Under the pieces are notes generated by a model. It ran no database searches, was not told the origin of the DNA, and worked only from the letters and a program-made list of their open reading frames with translations. A stretch of DNA of 64,000 nucleotides from Ginglymostoma cirratum (taxonomy: Eukaryota): NCBI GenBank assembly GCA_024137785.1, contig JAHRHZ010000054.1:3718493-3782492 (forward strand). The letters are read 5' to 3'. Position numbers and translations under genes: made by a program. How positions within the stretch are numbered: position 1 is the first letter of the stretch; every line of letters begins with the position of its first letter. This document shows positions 1 to 13,394 of the stretch, piece after piece.

Positions 1-134
1 CCCTTCCTCAGAACTGTTCTGAGGAAGGGTCACCGGACCCGAAACGTTAACTCTGTTTTCTCCTCCACAGATGCTGCCAGACCTGCTGAGCTTTTCAGCA
101 ACTTTGTTTTTGTTCCTAATTCCTTCTGCAGTTT
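1..134 (+). mobile_element. Short Penelope-like fold-back element with minimal hammerhead core (cut by the window edge)
   Basis: Palindromic centre cccttcctcagaac-t-gttctgaggaaggg; body shared with the copies at 670, 54563 and 63325. Confidence 0.75.
16..51 (+). ncRNA. Minimal type I hammerhead ribozyme motif (intact core)
   Basis: gtt-CTGAGGA-A-GGGTC(accg)GACCC-GAAAC-GTT-aac: both conserved core boxes, 5-bp stem II, palindromic ACGT stem III, 3-bp stem I. Activity not shown. Confidence 0.6.
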
Positions 135-669
135 GTCCTGTTCAGCTTTGTAGTTGTCCACCTTCAGTAATTTTGTAGCATCTCCAAATTCCATTCTGCT
201 TGTGACTACTAAACTTCACTGGTAACAATCTCCAAAGTTAGCAACAATTCCTGTCACTAGCTTTTGGATTAATTTGGAGTGCCAATTGCATGTCCAATAT
301 AAAATATTTTCACCAATGCCATTTTTTAAATAAAAAAATTTAGGTACAAGCCTTTCCAGTGGAAATGCATATCAAAGGTCTTCCTGGAAATGTAATATCA
401 CCATATCGACAGCCTTACTCCTATTAAACCCTTTCAGCAGTCAGTGCAGGTGAACTGGCTGCTTTTTAAAAAGTTCTACGTTTAGCTGCTTTGAAATGAG
501 CTTTAACATTAACATTCCACTTTTATGTGGTGTATTATAGCCTGCAGTCATTATTTTAAATTTTAATAATGTTGTTTCTTCTCAGTCACTTTGGTTTCTT
601 GTCATTTTATTCTACCCTTGTTTAAGAATCAGCTCTCCTAATATCTGAAGCAATAAATTTAACTGCAAC

Positions 670-820
670 AGAAACAAAGTTGCAGGAAAAGCTGAGGAAG
701 GGTTACCGGACCTGAAACATTAACTCTGTTCTTCCTTTCTCAGATGCTGCCAGATCTGCTGAGCTTTTCCAGCAACTTTGTTTTTGTTCCTGATTTACAG
801 CATCCGCAGTTCTTTTGGTT
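670..820 (+). mobile_element. Short Penelope-like fold-back element with 16-bp TSD
   Basis: TSD taaatttaactgcaac at 654-669 and 821-836; inverted arm 670-693 pairs with 762-785; degenerate hammerhead CTGAGGAAGGGTTACCGGACCTGAAACATT. Confidence 0.8.
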
Positions 821-1136
821 TAAATTTAACTGCAACCTGTACTCACATCTCCATTATTCAGCCTTGGCCTGCTGTCTTCCACAGACATTGTTAGTTATAG
901 CATGACTAAGATTACCTCAGTCTTACACAACAGCTGTTTTGTATGATGGTTGTGGCTATTATTGTTGACTAGGGTATAGGGGTAATAAAGTCGTATGTTT
1001 CATTGCACAATCAGATACGCCAGTATTCAAACATTTCCTTGATGTTACCAGTTCAGAACATGGTTAGTACTACATGTATTGACAGTTGTTAGATATTTAT
1101 TTGTGTTCAATAAAATAACAGAGCTTTATATTACAG

Positions 1137-1219
1137 AATTGTTGCTGCAAGATTGAATGGCTCATTGGATTTCTATTGTCTAGACACCAATAAAACCATC
1201 AACCAGCTGCAGTACCGAG
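1137..1219 (+). CDS. SCAP: SCAP coding exon (5th from last), (R)[27 protein letters not shown](G)
   Basis: ttacag|AATT...CGAG|gtaagt; 83 bp, phase 2 to 1; matches the [16 protein letters not shown] motif. Confidence 0.93.
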
Positions 1220-2010
1220 GTAAGTGAAAGATATTTATTTGAAATGGATAGTTCCCTTATGTTCCTGCCTCCCCCTCCAAAGTTAGTACAAATTTACATG
1301 TTTTCTAGTGTTAGCTGTTAACAGGATGCACAACTCAATAATGTTGCCATCAAATAAAGCATAAAACTAGGAGATTCGTGGCTGATGATGAGGAACAAGT
1401 TAATAAAATGGCGTAAATGCCACCAAAATCTCATTGACATTATAAGATGCTTCCAAAGTCACATTCCTTAATTTCTTAGCCTCTCAGTACTTTTAGGCCA
1501 GTGTTGTAAATGGCTGTCACACAGAAGCTGCATTTTTAAGCATTGAAGCTTGGTCAGCAATTCATTAACCCTTTTTTGAAAATTATGTGATTAAAATCGT
1601 AAATCAAAAACAGTGAATACCGATTATTCTGAAATCTCCAACTCAATCCTACTGGCGCACTGTGTTTATAATCATGTCTTCCTGTATGTCCTTACATCCT
1701 CCAGTTCTGTGACAGACAACAGAGACATCAGTTACTATTTTTGCTGTGCGTCAGAATTCCCTTTTATAACTTTTGTCCCTTGATATGTCACTTTATAGTT
1801 TTGATGAGGATTTTAAAAGTATCTTTTAAATGTGCGCTTCCTCCAAACTTACATCAAACTACTCTTTGATGCGTAAGTTCCCCGTTCAGCTGGTTATAAA
1901 GGGATGAGAGCTGTTTTGCTATGATATGGTTGTCCTGTGTGTGCAAGTTGTTAAATGACTTCTCATTCCATACTTGGAGCACTAATTCTGTAGTCTGACA
2001 TCTTGTTCAG

Positions 2011-2177
2011 GAACACCCAACAGATCCACAATCCCATCATCACCAGTCTTCAGCAGTGGCGATACCATAGTTTGTCAGTTAACGCACATGGTTCCTTGTG
2101 CACACCAAAAGCCCATCACGGTGCTGAAAGCAGCTGCTGGCAGAGTAGTCACAGGAAGTCAGGACCACACACTCAGA
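2011..2177 (+). CDS. SCAP: SCAP coding exon, (G)[55 protein letters not shown]
   Basis: gttcag|GAAC...CAGA|gtgagt; 167 bp, phase 1 to 0; WD40 repeat CAHQKPIT...GSQDHTLR. Confidence 0.95.
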
Positions 2178-2296
2178 GTGAGTACATTTCAGTTGCATTT
2201 AAAATAATGATTGTGTTAATTGGGTGATAATCTCACATTTGGGCTTCTGTTTACAGAACATGAGAACATAATTTGGGCTGATAACCCCTGGAGCAG

Positions 2297-2725
2297 GTCT
2301 TATGAGGAAAGGTTGAAGGAACTAGGGCTTTTTTCATTGGAGCGAAGACGGATGAGAGGTGACTTGATAGAGTTGTATAAGATAATGAGAGGCATAGATA
2401 GAGTGGATAGCCAGAGACTTTTACCCAGGGCAGAAGTGACTATTATGAGGGGACATAATTTTAAGGTGATTGGAGGGAGGTATAGGGGAGCGATGTCAGA
2501 GGTAGGTTCTTTACACAGAGTGGTGGACATGTGGAATGCGCTGCCGGCAGTGGTAGTGGAGTCAGATACTTTAGAGACACTTAAGCAACTCTTGGATAGG
2601 CACATGGAGGATAGCAAAATATAGGGTATGCAGGTTAGTTTGATCTTAGTAGGATAATAGGTTGGCACAACAACGTGGGCCGAAGGGCCTGTACTGTGCT
2701 TTACTGTTCCATGTTTCTATGTTCT
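2297..2725 (+). mobile_element. CR1-clade LINE 3' fragment (HER1-like)
   Basis: ORF 2220..2624: SYEERLKELGLFSLERRRMRGDLIELYKIM...; 3' tail gggccgaagggcctgtactgtgc...ctatgttcta. Confidence 0.88.
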
Positions 2726-2874
2726 AAGTGTAGACTTAAGTCATGCAACCCATTCAGCTTTTTATCTTATTCAGAATGAATTTTCAGTGTAAGCAAGAGG
2801 CAACATGTAGATAAAAGAATGCAGAGAAAATAAAGTGTAAATATGGGAGATTTGAGCAAAGCAAACTTGGAATC

Positions 2875-2990
2875 AAAAGTGGAATGCTGCAGAAACTGGA
2901 AATCTGATATAAAAATAGCAAATGCTTGAAATATTCAACAAGTCTGGCAGCATCTGTTGAAAGAGAAACAAAGTTAATGTTTCATCAGAA
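2875..2990 (-). mobile_element. Degenerate copy of the Penelope-like short element
   Basis: Reverse-complement similarity (gtctggcagcatctgt...aaagttaatgtttc) to the 670-820 body. Confidence 0.55.
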
Positions 2991-3051
2991 AGAGTGAATT
3001 GATTGCATTTAGTACATTAGTTTGTTTACTGAGCTTCTGTTCATTTTGCAG

Positions 3052-3132
3052 ATATATCGACTTGAGGACTCCTGTTGTCTTTATACGTTACAGGGTCACT
3101 CAGGAGGGATCACAGCAGTATATATAGACCAG
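3052..3132 (+). CDS. SCAP: SCAP coding exon, [27 protein letters not shown]
   Basis: ttgcag|ATA...CAG|gtactg; 81 bp, phase 0 to 0; WD40 GH dipeptide. Confidence 0.95.
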
Positions 3133-4678
3133 GTACTGTCATATGTAACCAAAATATTTCGCTGAGTTTGGCAATAAATTAGAGAACCAATAAGTATCAG
3201 ATGTTCTTTCAGTTTACACCTCATACAGTTCGTATATTGCAAATATTTTCATACAGTGGTTTAATTAATTTAGAAGTTGGTAAAATCAGTGCAGTTTCTC
3301 CTTGCTTAATTGCATGATTCTCGAATTATTTCACTAAGCCGGAAAGCTATGTGTTCAACACGATATGGAACACAGTCTCGGATCATTTGGGTTTTATGGG
3401 AACTCTTCAACATATGAGGTGCTAACTTTGAAAGGTGTTAAATCATTTGCTCTTCTCGTTGAGTAACAGATCCCAAAACACTAAGGAAAGAAGTGTTCTC
3501 TGTGTATCCCGGACTGTCAAGTTATTTTTGCTTGTACATTTGCCCTGGTAATAGTTTATTTGTAGAAAATTGCAAAATATATTGAAATACAGAAATGCTA
3601 CACATGGTAGCATGCCTTTACTTCTAATTCTTGTGCTCCTCCTGGGTTTATGGCCCTGAGTCCCCTGATCTCCTATCAGTACATGTATGCCCTGGAAACC
3701 AAGAGAAGAATCAGTGACTAGCATTGGCTGGCTTCTTGTCAGTCAAATTCGTACTTACAAATGATATAATATGGTTGAACTTTCCTCAGTGCTTGAAATT
3801 AATAGTGTGTTGCAGGAATGATGGAGGTGAAAAAAAATTAAATAATGTAATGAGTTGTTATGTGCCAGAAACAGCAACGTGCCTGTTTCATATAGTGAAT
3901 TTCTTTGAAGTGTAGTGACCTTTATTGCTATACAAGCAAGCATAGAGGCCGTTTTGCACAAAATAAAACCCCACAGCCGTCAGTGATTGTTGCTAATTAA
4001 ACATTTTGTGATAGCATTAATAATGGAAAATTATCATCCAAAACAGCGCTAATATAGCGGTTTATGTTTTTAAGATATAAAGGAGTACAATGTCCCGATA
4101 ATGCAGCACCATTTAGTACTTAAGTGAAGCGTGGGCCCCCAGCTGCTTTATGGATGAAAAAATGTACCATTGACAGCAGCATCTTGTTGTGGCTGAACAA
4201 CCAGCCAGCAACACATAACTGCAAGTCGGGGTCAATATTGCATGATCCAAGGAACCAGTAAGGGAACGAAAGAGAGATGATACTAAGCTATCCGCATGCG
4301 ATGAAAGTTAGGAGAGTTTAATTTCTGCACCTGATTGACGTAACTTAAAATATAGCTTTCTACAAGTTTAATTGTTTCCAGCGAATTGCTAGCATTTAGT
4401 GAAAATTGTTGATAACTGTTGACATTTGTACTATCTTTTATGAAAGTTAGTTATCGTGTCCATACTTCAGTTTTCTTTCTTTCTGCCACCTCAGACATTT
4501 GTTCCGTGACATGTAGTTTGTGAATGAATCGTGAGCATTGACTTATTTTCAACTCCCAAAGGACTAGTTTATAGAATGAAAGTTCAGCACAAGATAATGG
4601 GGTTTTAGTGCTGACTGTAACAGAACTGGTTAACTTTATCAACTTTGCAGTTGCTTTACTTGAAATGTCTTCTTTCAG

Positions 4679-4885
4679 ACAATGGGGTTGGCTAGTGGAG
4701 GCCAAGATGGAGCTATTTGCCTCTGGGATGTATTAACTGGAAGCCGAGTGAGTCATATGCATGGTCACCGTGGTGACGTTATAGCTCTCATCTGCACCTC
4801 CAGCTGTGTAATCAGTGGTGGATTAGATGACATGATCTGTATATGGGACCGCAGCTCTGGTATCAAACTTTATTCCATTCAACAG
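4679..4885 (+). CDS. SCAP: SCAP coding exon, [69 protein letters not shown]
   Basis: tttcag|ACA...CAG|gtgggt; 207 bp; overlaps ORF 4682..4936; two WD motifs. Confidence 0.96.
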
Positions 4886-5489
4886 GTGGGTGCAGTAGCA
4901 TTTTTTTCTCCTTCTTTGTCTTTTTGTGTTGGTTAGAGAGTCGGTTAACTCAACTAGATTTTTTAACTCCAAAGAAACCTAAATTGCAGAGTTAAAGCCC
5001 ACTCAGCAGGCTAAGACCGAGAAAAATAACAATGTAGTCCAAGATTTCCAACTGAAACGTTGAGGGTTGAAATTTCACCATGTAAAGCTGGGAACTAGAT
5101 TAATCAAATCAAAAATAATTACCATAGATTCCCAGATTGTCATAACAAAGCAATTCATTTACAGGGGAGCTAGTCACCTCTACTTGTTCTTAGTGCATGG
5201 GATTTCAGTCTTCCTCCTCCCCCGTTCCCCCTGTGGTTTGCAGTGAGTTGACAATGAGCGTAATGAGGCATTCTTTGTAATCTGTCATAAGCATGGATGA
5301 GGGTTTTACACCTGATGAGCTGAGGCAAAGATGGAGATGGATAATGAAGTGAAAGTAGGCAGTCTTGGTGATGAAGAGGATATCAGAGTGGAAACATGGC
5401 ATAAGATCAAGTAGGGAACTAAGGCTGTGAACAGTGGAGTTCTGCCTCCTATAGTTGCTGGGGAGAGGAGTGGAGTCAAACATGTGAAT

Positions 5490-6262
5490 TAGGATCAGGG
5501 GAAATAATTTAGTGGCGATTAACATTTGCACCACGCAAATGCCAGGCCATGGCTGTCTTCATTAAGATTCTATCTAACCACCATCCCTTGATATTGTGGC
5601 ATTACCTTACTGAGTTACCCACTATCAACGCCCTGGGAGTTACCATTGACCAGAAATTCAACTGGCCTTGCCATACAAATACAGTAGCTACAAGGCAATG
5701 TCAGAGACTCCGAATACTGCAGTGAGTATCTGATGCCCTGACTCTCCAAAGGCTGGCCTCCATCTACAAGGCACGTCTGGATTGTGATGGGATACTCCCC
5801 ACTTGGATAAATGCAACTTCAACAACGCTCAAAGCTTGAAACCATTCAGGACAAAGCAAACCCACTTGATTGGCACCACATTTACAAGCATCCGCTACTC
5901 TCTCCTCCACTCATGTGTATGATCTACAAGATACACTGCAGAAATTTGCTCAAGATCCTTAAACAGCAGCTTCCAAACCCATGACCACTTCCATCTAGAA
6001 TGATGAGGACAGCAGATACTTGGGAGTTCCCCTCCAAGCTACTCACCACCCTGACTTGGAAATATATCATTGTTCCTTCACTGTCGCTGGGTCAAACTTC
6101 TGAATTGCTGCCCGAAGGGCATTCATTACGTTTTTACCTACGGCACATGGACTGCAGCAGTTCACGTAGCTCACCACCAGCTTCTCAAAGGCAACTGGAA
6201 TGGGGAGTAAATGCTGGCCAGCCAGCGAGCGATGCCCATGTCCCACGAGAGAATTTAAAAAG
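5490..6262 (+). mobile_element. LINE 3' fragment of a second family (L2/Crack-like; clade uncertain)
   Basis: Same sequence family as 39720-40650 and 54170-55390 (ccattgaccagaaa..., caggacaaagca...ttgattggcacc; tail aaatgctggccagccagcga). Confidence 0.75.
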
Positions 6263-6289
6263 AGAGATATATATTAACAGCTGACTGGT

Positions 6290-6900
6290 CTTCACATTCC
6301 TACCTAACCCTGCTAACTTTTCAGCCCATTGCTTATCAGGAATCTATTGATTACTGCTCTTCAAAATATTCAAAGGTGCTTCTATCACAATTTTATGAGG
6401 AAGAGAGTTTGAGAGACTCCTAACTTCTCAGAAGAATTTTCTTCTCCCCTCTGGATGACTGCTTATTTTGAAAATGTAACCCTTTGTTCTAGATTCTCCC
6501 ATGAGAGGAATCATCTGTTCCACACCCACACTGCTAAGATGTCTCAAGAACGTATATGTTTCAATCAAGTCACCTCTCAGGCTTTATACACTGTTCTCCA
6601 GAGGCGGACTCACCAATGTAATTGAAGCATTATCTCCCTACTTTTGTAATCAGTTCTCTTCTCGTTGGATTACAACATTCTACTAGCCTTCCTAATTGCT
6701 TACTCTATCAACATAGTAATCTTTTGTGACTTGTGCACTAGCATACCCTGATCCCCCTGCCACTTGGTACGCAGCAGTCCTTCACTATTTAGATAATATG
6801 TTTCCTATTTATTCATCCCACCGAAATGGGCAGTTTTAGAATTTTGCATTTTCATACATGATATTCCATTTGCAAGATATTTGCCCACTCATTTAATCCT
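6290..6900 (-). mobile_element. Degenerate CR1-like LINE fragment
   Basis: Reverse-complement CR1 3' motifs (tttcaatcaagtcacctctc, gttctagattctccc). Confidence 0.6.
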
Positions 6901-7239
6901 CAGTGGTTATGAAATGCAGTATGTGGCAGAGAACAAAAGCAGTGAATCTTTCTTCATTTCCTTAGCAGAGCAGTTGTTCATGGTGAATTGGATGCTGCAG
7001 TTTTAAAAAAGACACTGAAAGTGTAATATGGTAAATATCACAAGAACTACATGACACAGGAATTGAAGACTAAATGAACCTCTTTATGTGAAGCTACTTT
7101 TTTTAGCTGACCATAAAACTTCTGAAAGTATCTTCCTTTTTCCTAAACTAGTCTCATACCAGTCATGGGTTGAGATGATTCATAAGCTACGCTCAAGTGT
7201 GTATTATTGCTGACATAACAGGAAAGGTGTGAGGGTCTT

Positions 7240-7710
7240 TGAGACGGAGGAGATTTATCAGAATGATTCCAGGGAGGCTGAATATTAACTACAACGTTGG
7301 ATTAGAGAAGCTGAAGTAGTTCTCACTGAAGCAAAAGACATTGTGGGGAATTTGGATGTGCATAAGATTATGAAAGGGGATGTACATTTCAGGTGTGAGA
7401 GGAGATGCAGGATGATGTAAGGAAGAACTTTTTAATGCTTTTGTATGAGAATGGTGGAAACAAGGGACAAATAGTTCAGGTGAGGAAAAGAGATGCTGGG
7501 ATGATATGAGGAAGAACTTTTTAACATTTGTGCTTATAAGAATGGTGGAAACAAAGATTATCACTTTCGATAGGAAATTGATGGACATTTGAGAATAAAT
7601 TCGCAGGGCAAGTGGGGAATATGATTGACTGGATGCTTTAGAGAGAACCACGATGGTCCCAGTGTGTTGAATGGCTGCCTGTTGCGCCATTATGATTCTA
7701 TTACAATTCT
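7240..7710 (+). mobile_element. Degenerate CR1-like LINE 3' fragment
   Basis: ggagatttatcagaatgattccagg...atggctgcctgttgcgccattatgattctat. Confidence 0.6.
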
Positions 7711-8889
7711 GGGGTTATCCTGTCTGTCTGTGAAGTAGGACTTCCTGTTATCTGATACCAGTAATTTGTGTCATGACAAGTGGTAAATGCAACATGCTTG
7801 AGAGGTTCACTGACTTTGGATCCATGATTTTGAAGGTTCTCCGCCACTGGGTGTTTATTCCCACATCACGCCTGCATTTATTGTAGATATTTTCTAATCA
7901 ACCTGTTCAGAGATGGTATTATACACTTCTGGAGAGGACTTGAGCCCAGGTCTCCTGGCAGAGATAGGGGCATTAACACTGCACCCTGAGATGTCCTGTG
8001 ATACATATGGGTGCTTTGACATTCTATCTCACCTGGACTTTTTATAAAAACAAGCATCTCGTGTGTAATTACATCCAAATTATGCAGTTTAAATTCTGAT
8101 CTGCAAGCTGTTGAATAATTGCAAAGTGTCAGTGGCATGATGTCATTATGAATAATCTCACTAACTTCAGAGCAACATATTTTCTAAGCTTGCAGAGATA
8201 TGAATTTAGCTGGTGACAGACTTAAATCGTGCTGCAGCGTGAACAATATAAAAGCATTTTGTGTTGCTCATGAGTTTATAAGACCAGCTTATTCAACTGA
8301 AGTACATCCCATTACGTACATTCTTTTTCTGAGCATCAGGGCATTCATCTTGTTTAAAGGTCTTGTTATGAATAATAGGCTTATCAAGGTCACTGATGGC
8401 AAGCATCCACATTTCAAATAATAATTCACCTGTAGTTTTTCTTAATTCAAGTAGAGTAAAGCTTCCTGTATTTTACTCAATGACCTGATGTCAACTCAGT
8501 ACTGGTACATTCTTTGTACACCAGCATCCTCTCAAAGTGAGACAGCTACAAAGGGCAGTTATGTCTTCTGGATGCGTACCTGCTTGGAACTGAACTGATG
8601 TTGTGAGACTCATTTCACATACTAACCCCTACAGCCAGGAGATAAGGGTTTCGTCACATCCCACTGGGACTAGCTCTGAACTTCAGTTGTGGATCTACAC
8701 CATACAGTCTTTGAGAAAGAAGTATTTTAAAACAGAATTATCATACCTGAAAGAAAGGATACTTTAGATAAGGTTCTGAATTCAGTAGATTACTAAGGAA
8801 AATAAAGAATCTTGAGTCATTAAAAATCTCCATGTGGCTTTTCACGTCCATTTTCTCATTGTTTTTAATCTCTTGAACTTTTTTTGCAG

Positions 8890-9135
8890 GACACGGGTTG
8901 TGGAGCAAGTTTAGGAGTGATATCCGACAACTTTCTAGTGACTGGAGGCCAAGGCTGCGTCAGCCTCTGGGATATTGGCTATGGAGACTTACTTCAGACA
9001 GTCTACCTAGGCAAAAGTAATGAGTTGCAGCTTGTTCGACAGCTGCTGGTCCTGGACAATGCTGCCATCGTGTGTGACTTCGGCAATGAGCTTAGCCTTG
9101 TTTACTTTCCTTCAGTTCTGGAGAAGTTGGACTGA
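8890..9135 (+). CDS. SCAP: SCAP terminal coding exon, [14 protein letters not shown]...[13 protein letters not shown]
   Basis: ttgcag|GAC...TGA, followed by a second stop TAA; ORF 8884..9135; conserved SCAP C-terminus. Confidence 0.96.
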   Translation, partial: DTGCGASLGVISDNFLVTGGQGCVSLWDIGYGDLLQTVYLGKSNELQLVRQLLVLDNAAIVCDFGNELSLVYFPSVLEKLD

Positions 9136-9614
9136 TAAAGCGCGAGTCTTATACTAACGTGTCTCTGCCTCGAATAAGAAGAATGGATGCAAAATTGCAA
9201 TCGTGATCCCGAGTTTCTATGTGATTAGAGAAAAGATACACTGAATGGTTAGAAGCTCGTGCATGGGGATAAAATCTGCCTGGGATTTTAGAGAAAGGAA
9301 GCAAAACAAATTTATAATTTTATAATTTATATAACAAAGCTTCAGAACTGTGTCCTGCATGGTGCAGGTACAGTAAATCGCCTTAAAGCACTATGGTGAC
9401 TTATCAAGCAGGTCAAATGTTAGTAATCAAGTCTGGTTTTATTCAGTTTTTTTGGAATGTTGTGTCATGTGAAACAAACGTAAAATATGATGCAAAGAAG
9501 ATAGTGCAGATGTATTTTTTAAATTAAAACTAATTTTTTGTAAGAAGTTGATTTTTTTTATATAAAAACAGGTGCAAGTATAAAAAAGGATAGGCCTGTG
9601 CAAGAGAGATTAAG

Positions 9615-9720
9615 CTGATTTATGATTTTATTGTCACGTGTATTTTACAGTCAGAAAAAACAGTAAAATACAGTGAAAAGCTTTTCCACAGTCACCACGA
9701 TCTGACATCATTTTGAATAG
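9615..9720 (-). mobile_element. Short 3' remnant resembling the Rex1/Babar-like tail, in the SCAP 3' UTR
   Basis: Reverse complement resembles 47880-47930 (aaagcttttcactgta...gacaa.aaatc). Confidence 0.45.
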
Positions 9721-10964
9721 TTTTAAGAATATGAAAAAAATAGAAAGATGTAGCAACATAAACTGTAACTGAATTCTTGCATATCATGAGCAATTTCTAG
9801 AGATGGAAAGGAAAGTACCAAAAAGGCTGGAAATACAAATAAAAAAAGAGAAATTGTAATGAAGGAAAAAGAAACTTCATTTTAAAAAAATCTCATCAGA
9901 CTAACAGTCAGTCTGACTGGTGTTTCGGAAAGTAAAACATCTGAGACCTTATTCAGAATCCGAGACTTTTGAGTATGAGGTACTCGTTAAAAGTCAATGA
10001 GCCACAATTGAAATATTATCTTCTGTACAGGTACTGATGACCTGTGTATATAAGATATTCTTTTCTATGATATCATGTAAAGTGGAATCCTGTTATAGTT
10101 AACCATGCTGCTCAACATTCAACAACAACTGTCTGATTATCCTCTTTACCTTCTATTGCCCGTGTGGTTGTCTAGCCACAACACCCCCGTCCTACCCGTG
10201 TTTCTTGGCCTCCCTTCATGCCTGTGTTTGTCAGCTTCTCCTCATTTTGTGATACATCTTTTCACTTCCCACTTTCTGTATACCTGTGTGCAGTTCAGAT
10301 TAATGCCATAAAATGGACTTTACACAGTTTTGTTTGTTCCATTGAACACATTTCACCGTACCCAAGCAATCTGAGTGAAGCACTGCTCGCCCATCTAAGT
10401 TACTCAGTAAAGTGGTACTGAGGGCAGAAGCTGCAAGGTTACCTGTGTAGAGATCAAGAAACAGCTGCAGCACTGTAGTTCCATATCTATGGATTTGTTC
10501 ATATCTAATGTACTAGCATTGAGTCTCATGATTCCTCCAATGTTGTCAACATTGGCACTCTTCACAGCTAAGTCCAAATAAGTCTCATTAATAATATATA
10601 TTTGAATGCTAAATAATGAAACTGAAGCAAATTTTTTCTCAATAATAAGAATTGCTACTAAAGCCTTCACTGCAAATAACCTACACTAGTATAATCAGAG
10701 TTTTACAGGTGTGGATAGGGAACTTATTTGATCTAAGATGCCTGTGCTGGTATGATAGTTACCTATTTCTGCCCATTCCCTCTTAATCTATTTTAATCTT
10801 TAATTGTTTATCCATATTCTTTCAAAAAAATCTGTGGATTCTGCTTACCCCCACTGTTTCTGCATAGGGTTTGAACGGCATATTCCATCTTTGTAAAGAA
10901 AAAGAAAGCATTTTTCTAGCTATCCTCTTGATTAATTTGATGATTATCTTAAATTTGTGCATTC

Positions 10965-11525
10965 TACAGTGTTGCTGAGACCACATACAAGAGTGTTTTG
11001 CACATACTCCTTAATTGAACACACATATAACTGCCTTAGAAGCCGTTCAGACAAGGTTCATATGACTTATTCCTGCTTATCTTATGAAGAAAGGTTGAAC
11101 AAATTAGACCTATGCCCATTGGAATTTAGAAGAATGAAAGGTGATCTGACTGAAATGTACAAGATCTTGACGGGACTGGATAGGGGGATATATGGAAGAT
11201 GTTTCCACTAGTGGTGGAGACGAAAACTAGGTGACATAATTTAAGAATATAAGGTCTCCATTTTAAGTCAGAGATGAGGAGAAACTTTTCTCTAAGGGTC
11301 ATCAGAGTGTGGAATTGTCTTCCCCCGCAGAAAGTGGAGGCTGGATTTTTAGATTGAATCAAGGCTGCGTTAGATAAGCCTTGTTAAACAAGGGAATCTA
11401 GAATTATATGCCTCAGACAGGAAAGCGGAGCTAAGACCACAATCAGCTCAGCCATGACCTTACTGAATGGTGGAGCAGGTTTGAAGGGCCAAATGGCATA
11501 CTCCTGCCCTGACGTCCCATGTACC
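10965..11525 (+). mobile_element. CR1-clade LINE 3' fragment
   Basis: ORF 10957..11211: LSYEERLNKLDLCPLEFRRMKGDLTEMYKIL; tail gaagggccaaatggcatactcctgc. Confidence 0.85.
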
Positions 11526-13388
11526 TAGTTAATGATTCATTGATTAATGAAAATAGCTATTTCCTAATTATATTCTCAAACACTTCATAATTTTAAACTG
11601 ATGCCAGGTCTCCTAATAACCATCATCATGTAACCAATTGCAATAATTTCAGTAGTTTCAAAATTAAATAATGCAGTGTTATTTTGGGAAACGAACCATG
11701 TTCATTCTAAAACAAACACTATAAAAGGATTCCCCTTTACTTTAATTGACAGTTTTTATAATGAAGGAAATTTTTAATGGTCACTGAGGTTCAATAAAGA
11801 GACTATCCATACATGCATTTTACTTTTGCTGCCACATATTAGTTGATGGGTTATGTCTTATGGATGAATCTCACTTTATTAAGATTTCAACATGTAATTG
11901 TCGTAAAACAGTGCATTAGATCAATGTGTTTAAAAATATAACACACTCATTAAGCAGCTGAAGATGCTGAGACACCGTTAAGAATACTGTTTAACATGGA
12001 AGCACATGTGAATTGAAGCTGAATTGATTGTCTTTTTCAGCTTCCCCTGCTTCCAATTCACCAGTTCCATAGAATCTGTAAAAGGTTCATAATACTGACA
12101 ATAATCTAAACTGTGACTAAAAATTAATAAGGGACAAATCCTGTACTATTCCTTCATATTGATCTGTCTGTCCTCTGTTTTCTGTCTAATTATAGAAGCA
12201 GTCTATTATTATTCAGCTTTGTCACACTTTTAATTTCTTGGGGCAAATGTTTTTGAGTGGCTAAATTTCAAAAGTGTAAGAAAAGCTGGAAAAATTAGTG
12301 GTAGGGTAGTGGTTTAATTCTGTACTGATGAGAAATCAAACAGCACTCTTTAGTCACCTATTGCAAGCTTAATTTAAAAATAAATTTATTTATTATGCAT
12401 GTATTTTTGAAATATATACTGTAATACAGGATATTATGCTGTCATAAGATCAACTTAATGTCACTTATTTATGGGGATTAACTATAAAAGGTGATGCTCT
12501 GTACTGGAAATTTGGTCTTTCGTCTCACTACTGATAGAATGTTGGTCATTGCCTTTCTCGGAGGGGCGGGAAGTGGGAGGGTACAAATGTCCTTTTTCAC
12601 CAGTCTGCTTGAGTTGCTATCGCCAGCTGTGGTCAGGAGGCTGGAGGGGACCTGCTCCTCGCGGCTGCTCTGACATTCTTGCTGTACTTTGCTGAATCTT
12701 GCGTGTCTTCTTTTCCCCTTTTATATTCTTAGAACCTCTGTTCTCCCATTTGTCTCCATCTTTCTATATTTATTTGTCATTTATTTCTGTCTCTGTTTTT
12801 CTCTCCCATTTCCCTTCCCTTTGCCTGTCACTCTGTATATCTTCCTGTTTCACTCTCAACTATATCTCTATCTATCATTCTGCTCCTTTCTACCTTTGAC
12901 CTTCTAGTCTCTACTTTAAATTTCACTACAGCAGTGCTGGTGAGTACAGGAACTTGGAGCCGAATTGGGAGCAATCTGCAATCCCAAAATGTTGCTGCAT
13001 TGAGCATATACTTTTCCTAAACTCAGACTTTTTACTCAAAACAGAGATGGTTTAATATTTATAACTATCTAATTGTGTGTAGAGATTTTTTTTAAAGTAT
13101 GAAATGTGTTTGTTTATTGTGATTAAGTTCTGGCTGGATTCTGTGCACACTGCCAGTGTTTGAAAACTTGTATCTGAAAGAGCTGGAAACAAGCCCTGGT
13201 CTCCCTATGGATACTGACAAGATTTTTTTTTTCAGGTTTCCATCATGATAGCTCTCTTGAACGTAAAAGTAATATTTCCTGATTTGTTTTGTAAATTTTT
13301 TTAAAGTGTCAGACGATATTAGAGAAACAAAATTAGAGAAATGTACAGAACCAAAGAACATTTCTTAATTTTTTTGCAATAAGATTTT

Positions 13389-13394
13389 AATAAA
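13389..13394 (+). terminator. Candidate distal polyadenylation signal (AATAAA) for SCAP
   Basis: AATAAA preceded by U-rich, UTR-like sequence and followed by a U/GU-rich tract (attgttttatattgtttttatg). Other AATAAA hexamers near 9838, 11793 and 12379 are alternatives. Confidence 0.35.

Larger units (their letters stand above)
1137..9135 (+). other. SCAP: SCAP (SREBP cleavage-activating protein) gene, 3' part: last five coding exons encoding the C-terminal WD40 domain
   Basis: Five AG/GT-bounded exons join in frame and translate to recognisable SCAP C-terminal peptides ending ...PSVLEKLD*. The convergent SCAP-PTPN23 arrangement matches known vertebrate synteny. Confidence 0.96.

Noticed and set aside
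12932-12945. Possible microexon cag|CAGTGCTG|gtgagt after a long pyrimidine tract
   Set aside because: Lies downstream of the SCAP stop exon with no partner exons; likely chance
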